A stretch of 64,000 nucleotides of DNA, taken from assembly GCA_965248925.1 (NCBI GenBank), contig CBDFLE010000005.1, positions 1,856,001-1,920,000 on the forward strand, written 5' to 3'. This document shows, piece after piece, positions 30,647 to 40,804 of this stretch (its first letter is position 1; each line of letters starts with the position of its first letter). Source of the stretch: Candidatus Multivoradales bacterium. GTDB lineage: Bacteria > Acidobacteriota > Thermoanaerobaculia > Multivoradales > J023. A program made the translations under genes and the position numbers. The notes under the pieces were generated by a model, which saw only the letters and a program-made list of their open reading frames with translations, did no database searches and had not been told where the DNA came from.

Positions 30647-31741
30647 TCAGTAAGATTCGAAGGGTTTGCTGCAATCGCGCTGAAACACCACCGGACGTTG
30701 ATCAATTCCCTCTTGCAAGGTCAGCGCTTGGCGGGTCGGGGGCTTTTGGATATTGCCGGCGCAATTGACGAAGGCCAACATCGAAGCGCGGTGCAAGTCG
30801 AAAGTGGGTTGGATCTCCCTCTGCGGCAACTGAAAGGCTCGGGGATCATTGAAGGCTGGTTCGAGTTCAACGGTGATCGCCACCGCCTGAGGGATCTGCT
30901 CGACCACATAATCCATCATCGAGCCCGGAATCCGGCCTTCTTGGGCGGTCAGAGGAGGCCGGCCGCGCCGACGAAAGAGTTCCGGATAAAAGCCCTTGGC
31001 TTCAAAGCGCTCGTAGTCGTTGCCTTTGCTGTCGATGACGCGCTCCAACATTTGGGCCATGGCCTGTTGAAACCGCGGCGGCCGGCCCAACTTGCCGGCC
31101 CAAGGATGCAATACGAAACGCCCGAAGGCGTGATAGTCGAGGCTGTTGCGAAATCTCTGCGCTCGCACCAGCTGCTGGACGTTGCGGACTTCTTTGGCAT
31201 AGGCCGCGCTCGGACCCTTGTAGTCGTCATCCCCGGCAGCCGTGCTGAACCGGCCCACCGTGATGTTCCACTGGCTGGTGGCGTAGTTGCGGTTCGGGTC
31301 CACCGCCTCGCGGCTGCCGCTCGGCCGAGTCTTGCGCCAACCGCGGTTGTTCAACACGGTGTGCTCGTGGCCGTCGGGATTGAGCATCGGCACGATCCAG
31401 ATGTCACGGTGATCGACCAGCCGTTTGATTTTCGAGTCACTGGCGTAGTTATCGAGCAGGTATTTGCCAAACAGATAGGGGACCTCCACTGAAATCCACT
31501 CGCGGGCATGGTGACAACCGGCGATCAAAACCTTGCGCGCCGAGCGGTTGCCCAACCTGAGGAGATGAATGTCCTTGCCGCGCTCGCTCTGGCCAATCTT
31601 GGTCCGGCTGGTGTCCACCAAGCCGGTCGGCGCGGCAGCCCGCAAAGCAGCCAGGTCGTCCTTCAAGCTAGCGAAGGTTTGGCGGCGGCGAATAGCGGTC
31701 ATCACTCGGCCGGCGGTGTCGTTCCTGTGAAAATGCGGCAT
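30647..31741 (-). CDS. M14 zinc carboxypeptidase (carboxypeptidase T/A-like), candidate CIS cargo
   Basis: HHAREWIS, PMLNPDG, WRKTR, VDPNRNY, LDYHAFG, TVEL. No signal peptide. Confidence 0.9.
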   Translation of the reverse strand: MPHFHRNDTAGRVMTAIRRRQTFASLKDDLAALRAAAPTGLVDTSRTKIGQSERGKDIHLLRLGNRSARKVLIAGCHHAREWISVEVPYLFGKYLLDNYASDSKIKRLVDHRDIWIVPMLNPDGHEHTVLNNRGWRKTRPSGSREAVDPNRNYATSQWNITVGRFSTAAGDDDYKGPSAAYAKEVRNVQQLVRAQRFRNSLDYHAFGRFVLHPWAGKLGRPPRFQQAMAQMLERVIDSKGNDYERFEAKGFYPELFRRRGRPPLTAQEGRIPGSMMDYVVEQIPQAVAITVELEPAFNDPRAFQLPQREIQPTFDLHRASMLAFVNCAGNIQKPPTRQALTLQEGIDQRPVVFQRDCSKPFESY

Positions 31742-31756
31742 AGAGACTCCAGCGGT

Positions 31757-32047
31757 TCAAGCAATGCCGAATTTGGCTTTGTCCGAGGTGGAGAGGAGGG
31801 CGAAAGCACGGTCTTGATCGCCGTCGACCGTCGCCACGGCTTGCTCGGCACTGAGGTCGAAAACCGCTGAGCAGTAGTCGTTATAAGACTCGTAGAGCTG
31901 CGCTACGGCAACGTCTAGAGCCCGCAAGGCGGCAATCTCGGCGGCGGTGGCCGGGATCACCAGACCTCGGGCGGTGGTGAACAAGACATCGACTTGAAAG
32001 CCCTCCGGCAAGCGGTCGACGAGGACGATTTTGGGTGATTCATCCAT
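31757..32047 (-). CDS. Small acidic hypothetical protein
   Basis: GAGGA RBS. Fills the gap in the operon. Confidence 0.65.
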   Translation of the reverse strand: MDESPKIVLVDRLPEGFQVDVLFTTARGLVIPATAAEIAALRALDVAVAQLYESYNDYCSAVFDLSAEQAVATVDGDQDRAFALLSTSDKAKFGIA

Positions 32048-32059
32048 CGCGGTCCTCGC

Positions 32060-32965
32060 TCAAATTGCCAATCCCTGGTGATCCCGGACCACCAGCTGGT
32101 AGACCTGGCCGGCGGGCAACACTTGGCTGTAGTCACCCTGAGCACCGAGGGTGCCGGTCGCCGCCACGGTGCCGTCGAGACGGCGGATTTCATAAGCGGT
32201 TCCGGCGGCCATCGGCAGCTGACTCGCCGCCACTCCGGGGCGGTCGGGAACCACACTGCGATCGATCACTTTGCCGCTAAATTGCACCGCAAATTTGTAC
32301 ACCGCAACCCGCGCTGGACCGCCTCCCTGGGGCTTGAAATGGACTCCCACCAGGCGCTGGTTGCGATAGGCTTTGGCGGGCCGCAGCGCCTGCAACCGCA
32401 CGCTGTCGCTGGTCTTGCTACCGACGATGCGCAAGGCTCCTGGGCGGATGGTGAGCCAGTTGTAGGTGCCGACGGCGGCGGTCGACAACACCGCCTTGAG
32501 CCGTAGTTGGTCACCGGGCTTGATCGCCGCTGGCGGCGCCGCGTTACCGGCTTGATCTCTGATGTCGAGGCGCCCGGAGGAGCCCTGCACCGCCAGCCGC
32601 CCGGCAGAGTTGCGCTCGCCGTCAATGTCGACCAGCAGATCGACATCCGGTGCCGCGCCGGTGGTCGCCGTTTGGCCGTACAACTTGACCACCCGGTAAA
32701 CACTGCGGTTCGAAGGAAAAATCAACGCCGATGGACCGTCCGCCCGAGCAAAACGGATGTCACCCGACCCACCGTCGCGAGCCTTCAACAACACGGTGAG
32801 CTTGGCGTCCTTGATCTCGCCGCGCCAATCCACTCTCAACAACATCTCGGCAACGCCTTGGGGTGGCACTTGGCCAGGGGCCATCAACCGCACGTCGACC
32901 CGCGACGACTTCTTGAAGCACCAGGTGCTGCGGGTGACTTCGGTGCGTTTGTTGAAATATGCCAT
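32060..32965 (-). CDS. Basic, beta-rich hypothetical protein (301 aa)
   Basis: GGAGA RBS before ATG 32965. Fills the gap in the operon. Confidence 0.65.
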   Translation of the reverse strand: MAYFNKRTEVTRSTWCFKKSSRVDVRLMAPGQVPPQGVAEMLLRVDWRGEIKDAKLTVLLKARDGGSGDIRFARADGPSALIFPSNRSVYRVVKLYGQTATTGAAPDVDLLVDIDGERNSAGRLAVQGSSGRLDIRDQAGNAAPPAAIKPGDQLRLKAVLSTAAVGTYNWLTIRPGALRIVGSKTSDSVRLQALRPAKAYRNQRLVGVHFKPQGGGPARVAVYKFAVQFSGKVIDRSVVPDRPGVAASQLPMAAGTAYEIRRLDGTVAATGTLGAQGDYSQVLPAGQVYQLVVRDHQGLAI

Positions 32966-32988
32966 GACTTGAATCTCCGGCTCCGGGC

Positions 32989-35900
32989 CTAGGAAATACG
33001 GATCTCCAGCTGTCGTTTCACAGTGGCGCCCTCGGCCGGAAACTGCCGGCTCAACGCCGCCAAATAGAGCTTCTCCAAGGTGGTCTGCCAAGAGTCAGTG
33101 GGCAACGGCGGCGCCAACACGGCATCGCTGCTCAGGTCAGAAGTGGTGCTGAGGGTCAAGCGTGCGCTGCCAGTCGCGGCACCGGCCTTGAGAGTGAAGG
33201 GCACCAGACCGCCGGCATTGGTGGCACGGGCTTTGATGTTGCCGAATTCGAAGCTACGCAGCCCCAAGCCGTGACGGGCCTCAGGCCCGGAGCCCGCCCG
33301 CAGCTCCACCGCTGCGGCTGTCTCAGGATCGACCTCGAAACGGATCTGGTACCCCCGCAAGGGTCGATCGAGGGCGTCGCGCAAACCCACCGCCAGCTCG
33401 AGTTCGGCGCCGGTGGCGAGCTCGATGGAACCGTCGACGCTGGCTCCCATCGCACTGTCCGTGCCGTGCTGGCCCAAAGTCATCCGCGGCAACAGCAAGT
33501 TGTTGGCCTCGAGGATGAAACGCACCGCCTCCAGTCGTTCGGGAAGCTCGGCGCGCACCAGGTCGAGCAGCCGACGCCAAAACGATGAGCTACCGATGCC
33601 TGCTTGTCCCGCAGTGGAGAACGTCCGCAAAGCGCGGCGCAGCAGGGCAAAGCGCTGCTGCTGCCCAGCGCTGGCGGCGTGGTTGTGAGGATGCCAATAG
33701 GACGGCGAGTCGGCAAATCCCACCGCGGGGTTGACCAGCAAATGGTGGATCTGCCACAGAGCGTTGGCGAACAGGGCTTCACTTTCGAGGCCAAGCTCAG
33801 GACTGTCATAACGCCCAACGCTGTGCCGCCGCCCGTCGATGCGGCGAAACAACGACCTCAGATTGGCGAAGCCGGCGAAACGCTCGGCGCCACCCCAAAA
33901 CAGCTGGACATACTCGGCGAAGCCCTCGGTCAAGGCGATGTCCTGGGAGATCAGTTGGCGGCGGTAGTGCTCACCGCCGCTGTCCAAGACTTGAAGCTGC
34001 TCGCGAGGCAGGGAGCGGGCGAAGATGAAATGGGCCATCTCGTGGGCCACTACTTCATCATCCCAAGCGTCAGCACCTCGCCCGCTAGCATCTTGGGCCA
34101 GCGCCAGGACATCACTGAACCAGTGCGCGTGGCTGCGGCTGATGCCGTCGCGCAGGTCGACGAAGAGGTCGAGATTCTGGCCTCCCCAGCGCTGATCGGC
34201 TGAGTCGGCGGCGCTCAGATGCACCAGCCAACGCTGAGTTTGACGCAGCACCTTGAGCACATTGACGGCGTCGTTGACCTTGCTGCCGACCCCCAACAGC
34301 CGGCTTTCGACAAGCTCGTCGCCGGCAAAGTCATCCCGGGTTGGCGGCCCTTCGCGATAAGCCTCGCCGAAGGCGTCGATGTTGTCCCCCACCGCGGCTC
34401 GCAGGCCGAGCTGCTGGCGCCAATCAGCCCGCGAGCGCCAGCGCAGAGCGATATCGGGCAGCTCGTTGAACAAGCCGCGGCCGAGGCTGAAAAGGTTGAA
34501 GGCCAGCTCGCCTCTGGTGCGCACCAGGCGGACCCGGTGGAGATCGCCATCGGCCATCGCCAGCAAGCCGCGATCATCCATCGCCACCGACGACGGCGCG
34601 GCGAAGAGCTGCAAGCGGGCGAGCTCGACCTGGCGGAGCTCCAAGGCCGGCACCACCGCCAGCTCACTGTCTTCTTGCACCTGCTCGCCATCCTCGACCA
34701 GCACCAAGGAGTCCACCGGCAGGTCTTCTGTTTGAGAGTTGCCATCGGCTGAAGTTACCGTCACCCGACCGGCGACCTCGACCCGCCGCGCCAAGCCACC
34801 AAGGTAGGCCTCAGGGGTGGCGAGGCGTGGCACGTTCAAGCTCACGGTGCCCTTTAGGCTGGCCCTGATCGAACCGGCAAGGCTCAGGTCGGGCAGGTTT
34901 TGCAGATCCCAAAAGCCGGTCAACAAGCCATCGCGGGCAAAGGCCAGCAGGCGGTGGGCGCCGCGGTCGGCGACCAAGAGACTGCCGGCCGAATCGACCG
35001 CCAGACCGCTCGGCTCCACCAGACCGAAGCCGACGGCGGCGGGGGTGAAAATCATCGGCCCGGTCTCCACATCGATATCTTCGTCGTCCACCTCCCCGGC
35101 GTCGCCGGGGGCCGGCAGCCGCAGCACTCGCGCGTTGCCGGTGTCGGCCACCAAGAGCTCGCCAGCGGCGCCGAAGGCAACGTCTTCGGGAGCTGCGAAG
35201 TCGCTGCCGGCATGGCCGCTCAAGTCTTCGATCAAGGTGCCATCGAGGCGCAGCAGGCGCACCCGGTTATTGCCGCTGTCGGCCACCGCCAGGACTTCCT
35301 GCTCACCTCGTTGGCCGATCGCCAAGCCGCGAGGCTGGTTGAAGCCCTCGCCGACCTCACCTACCGCGTTCAAAGAAGGGTCAAAACGCCGCACCGTGCT
35401 GTCGCCGAACGACGCCACGAAGACCGATCCATCAGCCGCCGTGGCCACCCCATGGGGCTGGCTCAACCCGGCGTCGATGCTGGCTTGCAACAGCAGACGA
35501 CCGTCGCCGTCGCGCTCGAAGAGCTGCACCCGGTCGTTGCCGGTGTCGCTGACCCACAGGGCACCTTGGGGGTCGAAGAAGACGTAGCCCGGACCCACCA
35601 TGTGTTGGGCCGCGGTGGCCGGCTGCCAAGCCTCCCCCACCATCGAGGGCACGGTTTGGTCGCCGCGGCGCGCGCCGGCAGGGTTGTAGGGACTCAGTCG
35701 GCGAACCGTGGCCGGCTGGCGGTCGGCGACGTAGAGCTCACCGCGGTTGTCCACCGCCAGGGAGCGCGGGTCGCTGCTGGGGGTCAAGCGCAAATGCAAA
35801 GTGCCATCAGCGGTATTCAGGCGCAGGATCTCAGCCGAGTCCTGGCGTAACACGTAGAGATAGCCGTGCTTGGCGTCGAGGGCCAACTCCAGCGGCGCCG

Positions 35901-37329
35901 ATTCGATGCTGCGCTGCCAGACCAGCACGGCATTCTGACCCTCTATACGCCAGCACGACAGGCGGGAACTCGGCGCATCGGCAACATAGACTCGGTGCTC
36001 GCCATCGACGGCCACGGCGTTGGGTCCTTGGAACGGATCCATCGCCGGCTCGCCGGTGATCCGCAGCACATGCCTGAGGCGGTGACCACCGAAACTGCCG
36101 TAGCCGAGGGTGAAGACCTCCACGCTTCGCCGGCCGAGATCCGCCACCGCCATCAAATCGCTGGCGGTGGAGCGCTGGCGGGCGATCGCCAAATCGGCAG
36201 GCTGGCGCAACGTTTGTGGCAAGGTCGTGGACAGGGGATCGAAGCCAGCCGTTTGCGGATCGAGGCGACTGGCCAAGCGATACTGGCCAGCACTGCCGTA
36301 GGGATCGTCGGCCGAGCTGTCGAGGGCATACACCGCCAGATCACCATTCAAGCCGCCGCGGGCGACCCACAGATCGCGACGGCTGTCCGTCGCCAAGCCT
36401 TCGACCCCCAAGAACGAGCTTTGGAAGTCGGCGAATTTTTGGCTTTGGCATAGGGTGCCATCGGGATAGAAGCGGCGTAGAGTCTCGCCGTCGAGCAACA
36501 GCACGAAGCCATGATCGTCGGTGGTCAGCGGCCCCGTGGCGGTGAAGCTGCCGCCACCGAGGCTGGCCACCGGCGCCCCCGGCGGGTCGAGCCAAGCGCG
36601 AGGCTCGGCGAGCCACCAGCGCGAGTTCGGCGCGGCCGCGGCGGCGGTTGCCAGGTCGTCGGCCAGAGCGGCGCGGGCCACTGGCCAGCGATCGATGAAG
36701 GGGTAGGAGCCGAAGGGGTGGTCGCCATCCTCGCCGGCTGCACCGCCCGCCGGCCGGATCACCAGCCGGCGGCTACCATCGGCGGCGATCTCCTCACCGG
36801 CACCGACACCGCTCAAGGCATCGTCGAAACACAGATCTTCGTCGAGCAGCACCACTTCCAAGCTCTGCTCGGGCGGTGCCACCGGGTTGCGCAGCCCCGA
36901 GGCATGAAAATCGCTGTAGGCCACTTGCAGCCGGGCCGGCAAGCCGATCAACAAAGGCATCTCCGGCAGCGGCTCGGCGGCACTCAACAAGCGCCGGGCA
37001 GAGCCGTTGGCAGCGTGCCGAGTGACCCACTCAGCAGGTAGCTCGAAACGCCGCTCGGCCGGTGCGCCAGCCGGTACCTGGCGCGCCGCGGCGTCGAGGG
37101 TGAGGGTGAAAAACGGCAAAAGGTCGCCGATCTCATCGTCGTCAAAGCTGATCTCGACTTCGAGACGCCCATCAGCGCCGCTCGGCGAAGTCGACTCCCC
37201 AAGGTCGGGGTCGCTCCAAAAGCCATCGTGCTCGACCTTCACCCTGGCCCCAGGCACCGGCATCAGCTCGGCCGACAACGGGTCGAGGGTCAGCACCCGG
37301 AAGCGGGCGCGGCGGCTGACGGTGGCCAT
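32989..37329 (-). CDS. 1446-aa NHL-repeat beta-propeller + gluzincin-type metalloprotease, candidate CIS cargo
   Basis: Many PxGxAxDxxGxLxVADxGNxRV repeats. HEMAH at 34030-34044 with downstream ALTEGFAEY. Confidence 0.82.
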   Translation of the reverse strand: MATVSRRARFRVLTLDPLSAELMPVPGARVKVEHDGFWSDPDLGESTSPSGADGRLEVEISFDDDEIGDLLPFFTLTLDAAARQVPAGAPAERRFELPAEWVTRHAANGSARRLLSAAEPLPEMPLLIGLPARLQVAYSDFHASGLRNPVAPPEQSLEVVLLDEDLCFDDALSGVGAGEEIAADGSRRLVIRPAGGAAGEDGDHPFGSYPFIDRWPVARAALADDLATAAAAAPNSRWWLAEPRAWLDPPGAPVASLGGGSFTATGPLTTDDHGFVLLLDGETLRRFYPDGTLCQSQKFADFQSSFLGVEGLATDSRRDLWVARGGLNGDLAVYALDSSADDPYGSAGQYRLASRLDPQTAGFDPLSTTLPQTLRQPADLAIARQRSTASDLMAVADLGRRSVEVFTLGYGSFGGHRLRHVLRITGEPAMDPFQGPNAVAVDGEHRVYVADAPSSRLSCWRIEGQNAVLVWQRSIESAPLELALDAKHGYLYVLRQDSAEILRLNTADGTLHLRLTPSSDPRSLAVDNRGELYVADRQPATVRRLSPYNPAGARRGDQTVPSMVGEAWQPATAAQHMVGPGYVFFDPQGALWVSDTGNDRVQLFERDGDGRLLLQASIDAGLSQPHGVATAADGSVFVASFGDSTVRRFDPSLNAVGEVGEGFNQPRGLAIGQRGEQEVLAVADSGNNRVRLLRLDGTLIEDLSGHAGSDFAAPEDVAFGAAGELLVADTGNARVLRLPAPGDAGEVDDEDIDVETGPMIFTPAAVGFGLVEPSGLAVDSAGSLLVADRGAHRLLAFARDGLLTGFWDLQNLPDLSLAGSIRASLKGTVSLNVPRLATPEAYLGGLARRVEVAGRVTVTSADGNSQTEDLPVDSLVLVEDGEQVQEDSELAVVPALELRQVELARLQLFAAPSSVAMDDRGLLAMADGDLHRVRLVRTRGELAFNLFSLGRGLFNELPDIALRWRSRADWRQQLGLRAAVGDNIDAFGEAYREGPPTRDDFAGDELVESRLLGVGSKVNDAVNVLKVLRQTQRWLVHLSAADSADQRWGGQNLDLFVDLRDGISRSHAHWFSDVLALAQDASGRGADAWDDEVVAHEMAHFIFARSLPREQLQVLDSGGEHYRRQLISQDIALTEGFAEYVQLFWGGAERFAGFANLRSLFRRIDGRRHSVGRYDSPELGLESEALFANALWQIHHLLVNPAVGFADSPSYWHPHNHAASAGQQQRFALLRRALRTFSTAGQAGIGSSSFWRRLLDLVRAELPERLEAVRFILEANNLLLPRMTLGQHGTDSAMGASVDGSIELATGAELELAVGLRDALDRPLRGYQIRFEVDPETAAAVELRAGSGPEARHGLGLRSFEFGNIKARATNAGGLVPFTLKAGAATGSARLTLSTTSDLSSDAVLAPPLPTDSWQTTLEKLYLAALSRQFPAEGATVKRQLEIRIS

Positions 37330-40300
37330 CAGAGGCTGCCTCCAACGCTGGCGCTCGCACCCGCGTTGGCACCGGCGCCAAGGGCACCTCGGGCCGAGGA
37401 CAACATGCCGTCGAAGGCGTCCTCGGAGCGCTTCAAGCCCAACACCAGCTCGGCCTCGAGCTCATCGAGCTTGGCCACCAACGGCGCCAACACGAGGCGA
37501 AAGTCGATCTCCGCCAGGGTCTCCTCGACCGCCTCCCAAGCCAGCCGGGCCGGCGCCAAGACCGCTTCCGGATCGAGGCTTTCGACCAGCCCCCGGACCC
37601 TCTCGAACGGCCCACCGATATCGCTCAGCAAGGTCGACGGCACGGTCTGCTCCGCCGCCGCCAACAAGGCCGAGCGCAGCCCGTCGAGCAAGGCCGCCAA
37701 GCGGGCCGGATCGGCGGCTTCGACCACCGCCCGCAAATTGCCGATGGCGGCATCGATATCAGCCGCCACGAAATCCACTCGCAGCTCGCCGACCAAGGCT
37801 TGCAAGCGGCTGAGAGAGTCGCGCAATGCCGCCACCGCAACGCTCGGGTCGAGGGCCTCTACTTTGGCCAAGACCCGCTCATAAACCGCGTCGAGCTCGC
37901 CGCCGATCTCCGCGGGCCGGAGCGGCAACAACTTGGCTTTGATGGTCTCGAAACGGGCATCGAGCTGATCGACAAAACGCAAGGGGCTGGCCAAGCGCAT
38001 CACCCGGCGAAAGGTGTCGACATCGAGGGCTTGGCGGGCGAAGGGGGGCAGCAGCCCCAGCAGGCGTTGCCGGAACTCGCCATAGTCCTCGGCGAGGGCG
38101 CTCAAGTCGAGGTGGCCGCGAATTCCTTCGGCGCTGCCGACGATCTCACCGTAAGCCGCCATCAGGCTGCCCAATTGAACCTCGGGCTCGAGAGCGGCGG
38201 TCACCTTGACCCGACCCGCGAAGCTCGCCCCAGAAGATGCTCCAGATCCCGGCGCCACCGAGAGCGCCGCGTCGAGGTCGAAATAAACCCCTTTGAGCCG
38301 GCGGAAGCGACCCGCCAGATCGAGTCCGCGCGCGAGCTCGAGACCGCTGTCGATCTGCCGCAAAAAAGCCTCGGCGAGGACCGCCGGATCGAGCCGATCT
38401 AGGTCCGCCAAGGGCTGGCGAAAGAGTTCGAACAAGGCGGTTACCAGATCCTGTTGCACGGTGTCCAAGAAGCTCAGCAAGGGCGCCGCCAGATCGACCA
38501 CCGGCGCCATCACCAAGGAGGGCTTGAAGCGATCGAACTCGGCTTCGAGGCGGCTCAGATCATCGGCCACCGGCGCCAGCAAGGCGGAGGGTCGGGCGCC
38601 GCGCAAGTCTTGTTTGAGCTCGGTCACCACCGCCAACAAGCGATCGAGAGGGGCTGCCAAATCGAGCCCCTCGACCACAGCCCGAAGCTGGTCGAGGCGG
38701 TCCACCAAGGGGGCGATCAAGGCCGCTCCGGAGAGGCCGTCGAAAGCGCTCATGCGACCGTCGAAGGCGGCCGCCAACGGCGCCAACAGAGAAGCGGGGT
38801 CGAGAGCCGCTAGAGGCCGCAGCAGGAGGCGCTCATGGATCTCGTCCAAGGGCTGCAATAGCTTGTTTGGGTCGAGCCGTTCGAGTGCCTCATGCACCGT
38901 ACCGAGAGCCTCCACCAGGCCCTGTAGAAGGGCCTCCGGGCTGAGCGCTCGAAGCTCCTGCAGAGCGCTCTCGAAACTCTCCTGGAGAGTGGCGATGGCG
39001 CCCGCTGGAAGGGCTTTGACCTGCGCCATCTGGTCTCCCAAAGGGGCCGAAACCGCCACCGTGAAGTCGATCTTGATCACCGCGTCGAGGGCGGTGGCCA
39101 GAGCGGCGCGCAGCAGATCGTTGAGCTGCTCGGGATCGATCTCCGCCAGCTTGCGACCATTCTCTGCGAAGGCCTCTACCACCGGATCGACCACCGGGCT
39201 GAAATCGATCGGCGCCAAGGCGTCGAGCACCGCCTCGATCTTGCCTCGCAACTCGGCCATCAGGCCAGGCACGTCGAGGCCATCGAGGAAAGTGGTGAAA
39301 TCTTCGATGCCGCCGAGCGCCGCCGCGGTGACCCCGGCGGCGGCACTCTCCACCGGCTGCAGCAAGCTGCCGAGGCCAGCCAACACCGCGCTGAGACCAT
39401 CGCGCAGATCGTTCAACGTAGCACTGACACTGGCCGCTTCGGGATGGTCCGGATCACCGCTGATGGCTCGTTGGGCACCACCCAATACCTTTCTCAAATC
39501 GGCTTCGAGATGGAAGGTGAACGAGCCGTCTGGAGCAAACTGACCGAGGTTTTCGAACAGACCCCGCTGGGCGGTCACCAAGGTATCGAAATGCTCGCCA
39601 ATCTGCCGGCTGAGATCGTCGACACCGCTCTCCAAGCCGCTCAATGCCGACTCGACCTCCGCCAACCGCTGCTCCAAACCGCGGGTCAAGGCGTCGGGAT
39701 CGAGCCCCTCGAGGCGGCTCTCGAGGTCGGCGAAGAAAGCCAAGACACCCTCGCTGACGAAGCTCAAGTCGATCGCCTCGACGGCCTGATCGAGGCGGTC
39801 GAGCAAGTCCTTGAAGGGATCGTCGATCTGTTGCAACTCGGTGACCTGCACCGCCAATGCTTGATCGAGGAAGCGGCGCAGGAAGAGCTCCAGGCCGCGC
39901 GGCCGGGCGAAGGGATGGTGGGCTGAGCGGCGCAGGGCGGCCAACACTGGCCGCAGCACCACTTTGAGTTCGGCCACGGCGTCCACCGCCGCGCCGACCC
40001 GGACGCCGAGCTGCGCCGTTCCAACCGCCGCTTGGACCTCGCCGTAGGCATCGATCACCGCGTCGAAACGACCGCCGACCGCCGCCAACAGGGACGCCGG
40101 CAGAGTCTGCGCGACTCCGCCTTCGAGAAAATCGAACAGGCCGCGCAAGCTGCCATAGCCAAAGGCCGCCAACAATTGATCGAGGGTGCGGCGGAAGACC
40201 TGCAACACCAACGCCGGCACGTCGGCGGTCGCGGCGGCGGCCTCGAACAACGGTCGCAGCTCCCGGACCTGGGCTTCAAGAGCGCGGATCCACGCTTGGA

Positions 40301-40787
40301 TCTTCTCGGCGGCATCGCCGTCCAGGCTGCCGAGCACCCCGAGCAGCTGATTTATCAGCGGTTCCAGGGCACCACCGGCACTTGCCGGCGCGCCGCCGGT
40401 GAGGCCGCTCAAAGTGTCGATGAGCTTCTGCAAGTCGCCTAGGAAGTCGCCGGCGAGACTTCCTTTGAGGCCCTCGATCCGTTGCACAAAGCCCCAGAGA
40501 GCGGCTTGTGGGTTGAGATCCAGGTCGAGATCGACCTGCGCCAAGGCTCGCGCAACGCGCTCCACTTGGGCCTGGGGATCGAGCTTGAACACAGCACCGA
40601 GTTGAGCTTCGAAGCTCAGGGCGAAGCCATCCCCCGACAGCACCGGTGCCGAGCCGCTGAGCGCCGCCGCGCCGGCCAAGCCAGTCGCCGGCTCACCGTC
40701 GCCACCTGCCTTGCCGAGCAGGCCGAGCAAACCAGACAGAGCCTCCCCCAAGCCGCTGATCTCGAGTTGTAGGGTTCCTTCGGGCAT
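37329..40787 (-). CDS. 1152-aa amphipathic helical repeat protein (tape-measure-like or membrane-active)
   Basis: Leu/Ala/Asp-rich, with recurring LDPxxLLxPL units. Confidence 0.65.
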   Translation of the reverse strand: MPEGTLQLEISGLGEALSGLLGLLGKAGGDGEPATGLAGAAALSGSAPVLSGDGFALSFEAQLGAVFKLDPQAQVERVARALAQVDLDLDLNPQAALWGFVQRIEGLKGSLAGDFLGDLQKLIDTLSGLTGGAPASAGGALEPLINQLLGVLGSLDGDAAEKIQAWIRALEAQVRELRPLFEAAAATADVPALVLQVFRRTLDQLLAAFGYGSLRGLFDFLEGGVAQTLPASLLAAVGGRFDAVIDAYGEVQAAVGTAQLGVRVGAAVDAVAELKVVLRPVLAALRRSAHHPFARPRGLELFLRRFLDQALAVQVTELQQIDDPFKDLLDRLDQAVEAIDLSFVSEGVLAFFADLESRLEGLDPDALTRGLEQRLAEVESALSGLESGVDDLSRQIGEHFDTLVTAQRGLFENLGQFAPDGSFTFHLEADLRKVLGGAQRAISGDPDHPEAASVSATLNDLRDGLSAVLAGLGSLLQPVESAAAGVTAAALGGIEDFTTFLDGLDVPGLMAELRGKIEAVLDALAPIDFSPVVDPVVEAFAENGRKLAEIDPEQLNDLLRAALATALDAVIKIDFTVAVSAPLGDQMAQVKALPAGAIATLQESFESALQELRALSPEALLQGLVEALGTVHEALERLDPNKLLQPLDEIHERLLLRPLAALDPASLLAPLAAAFDGRMSAFDGLSGAALIAPLVDRLDQLRAVVEGLDLAAPLDRLLAVVTELKQDLRGARPSALLAPVADDLSRLEAEFDRFKPSLVMAPVVDLAAPLLSFLDTVQQDLVTALFELFRQPLADLDRLDPAVLAEAFLRQIDSGLELARGLDLAGRFRRLKGVYFDLDAALSVAPGSGASSGASFAGRVKVTAALEPEVQLGSLMAAYGEIVGSAEGIRGHLDLSALAEDYGEFRQRLLGLLPPFARQALDVDTFRRVMRLASPLRFVDQLDARFETIKAKLLPLRPAEIGGELDAVYERVLAKVEALDPSVAVAALRDSLSRLQALVGELRVDFVAADIDAAIGNLRAVVEAADPARLAALLDGLRSALLAAAEQTVPSTLLSDIGGPFERVRGLVESLDPEAVLAPARLAWEAVEETLAEIDFRLVLAPLVAKLDELEAELVLGLKRSEDAFDGMLSSARGALGAGANAGASASVGGSL

Positions 40788-40804
40788 AGTTGCTCAGACC
40801 ACCT

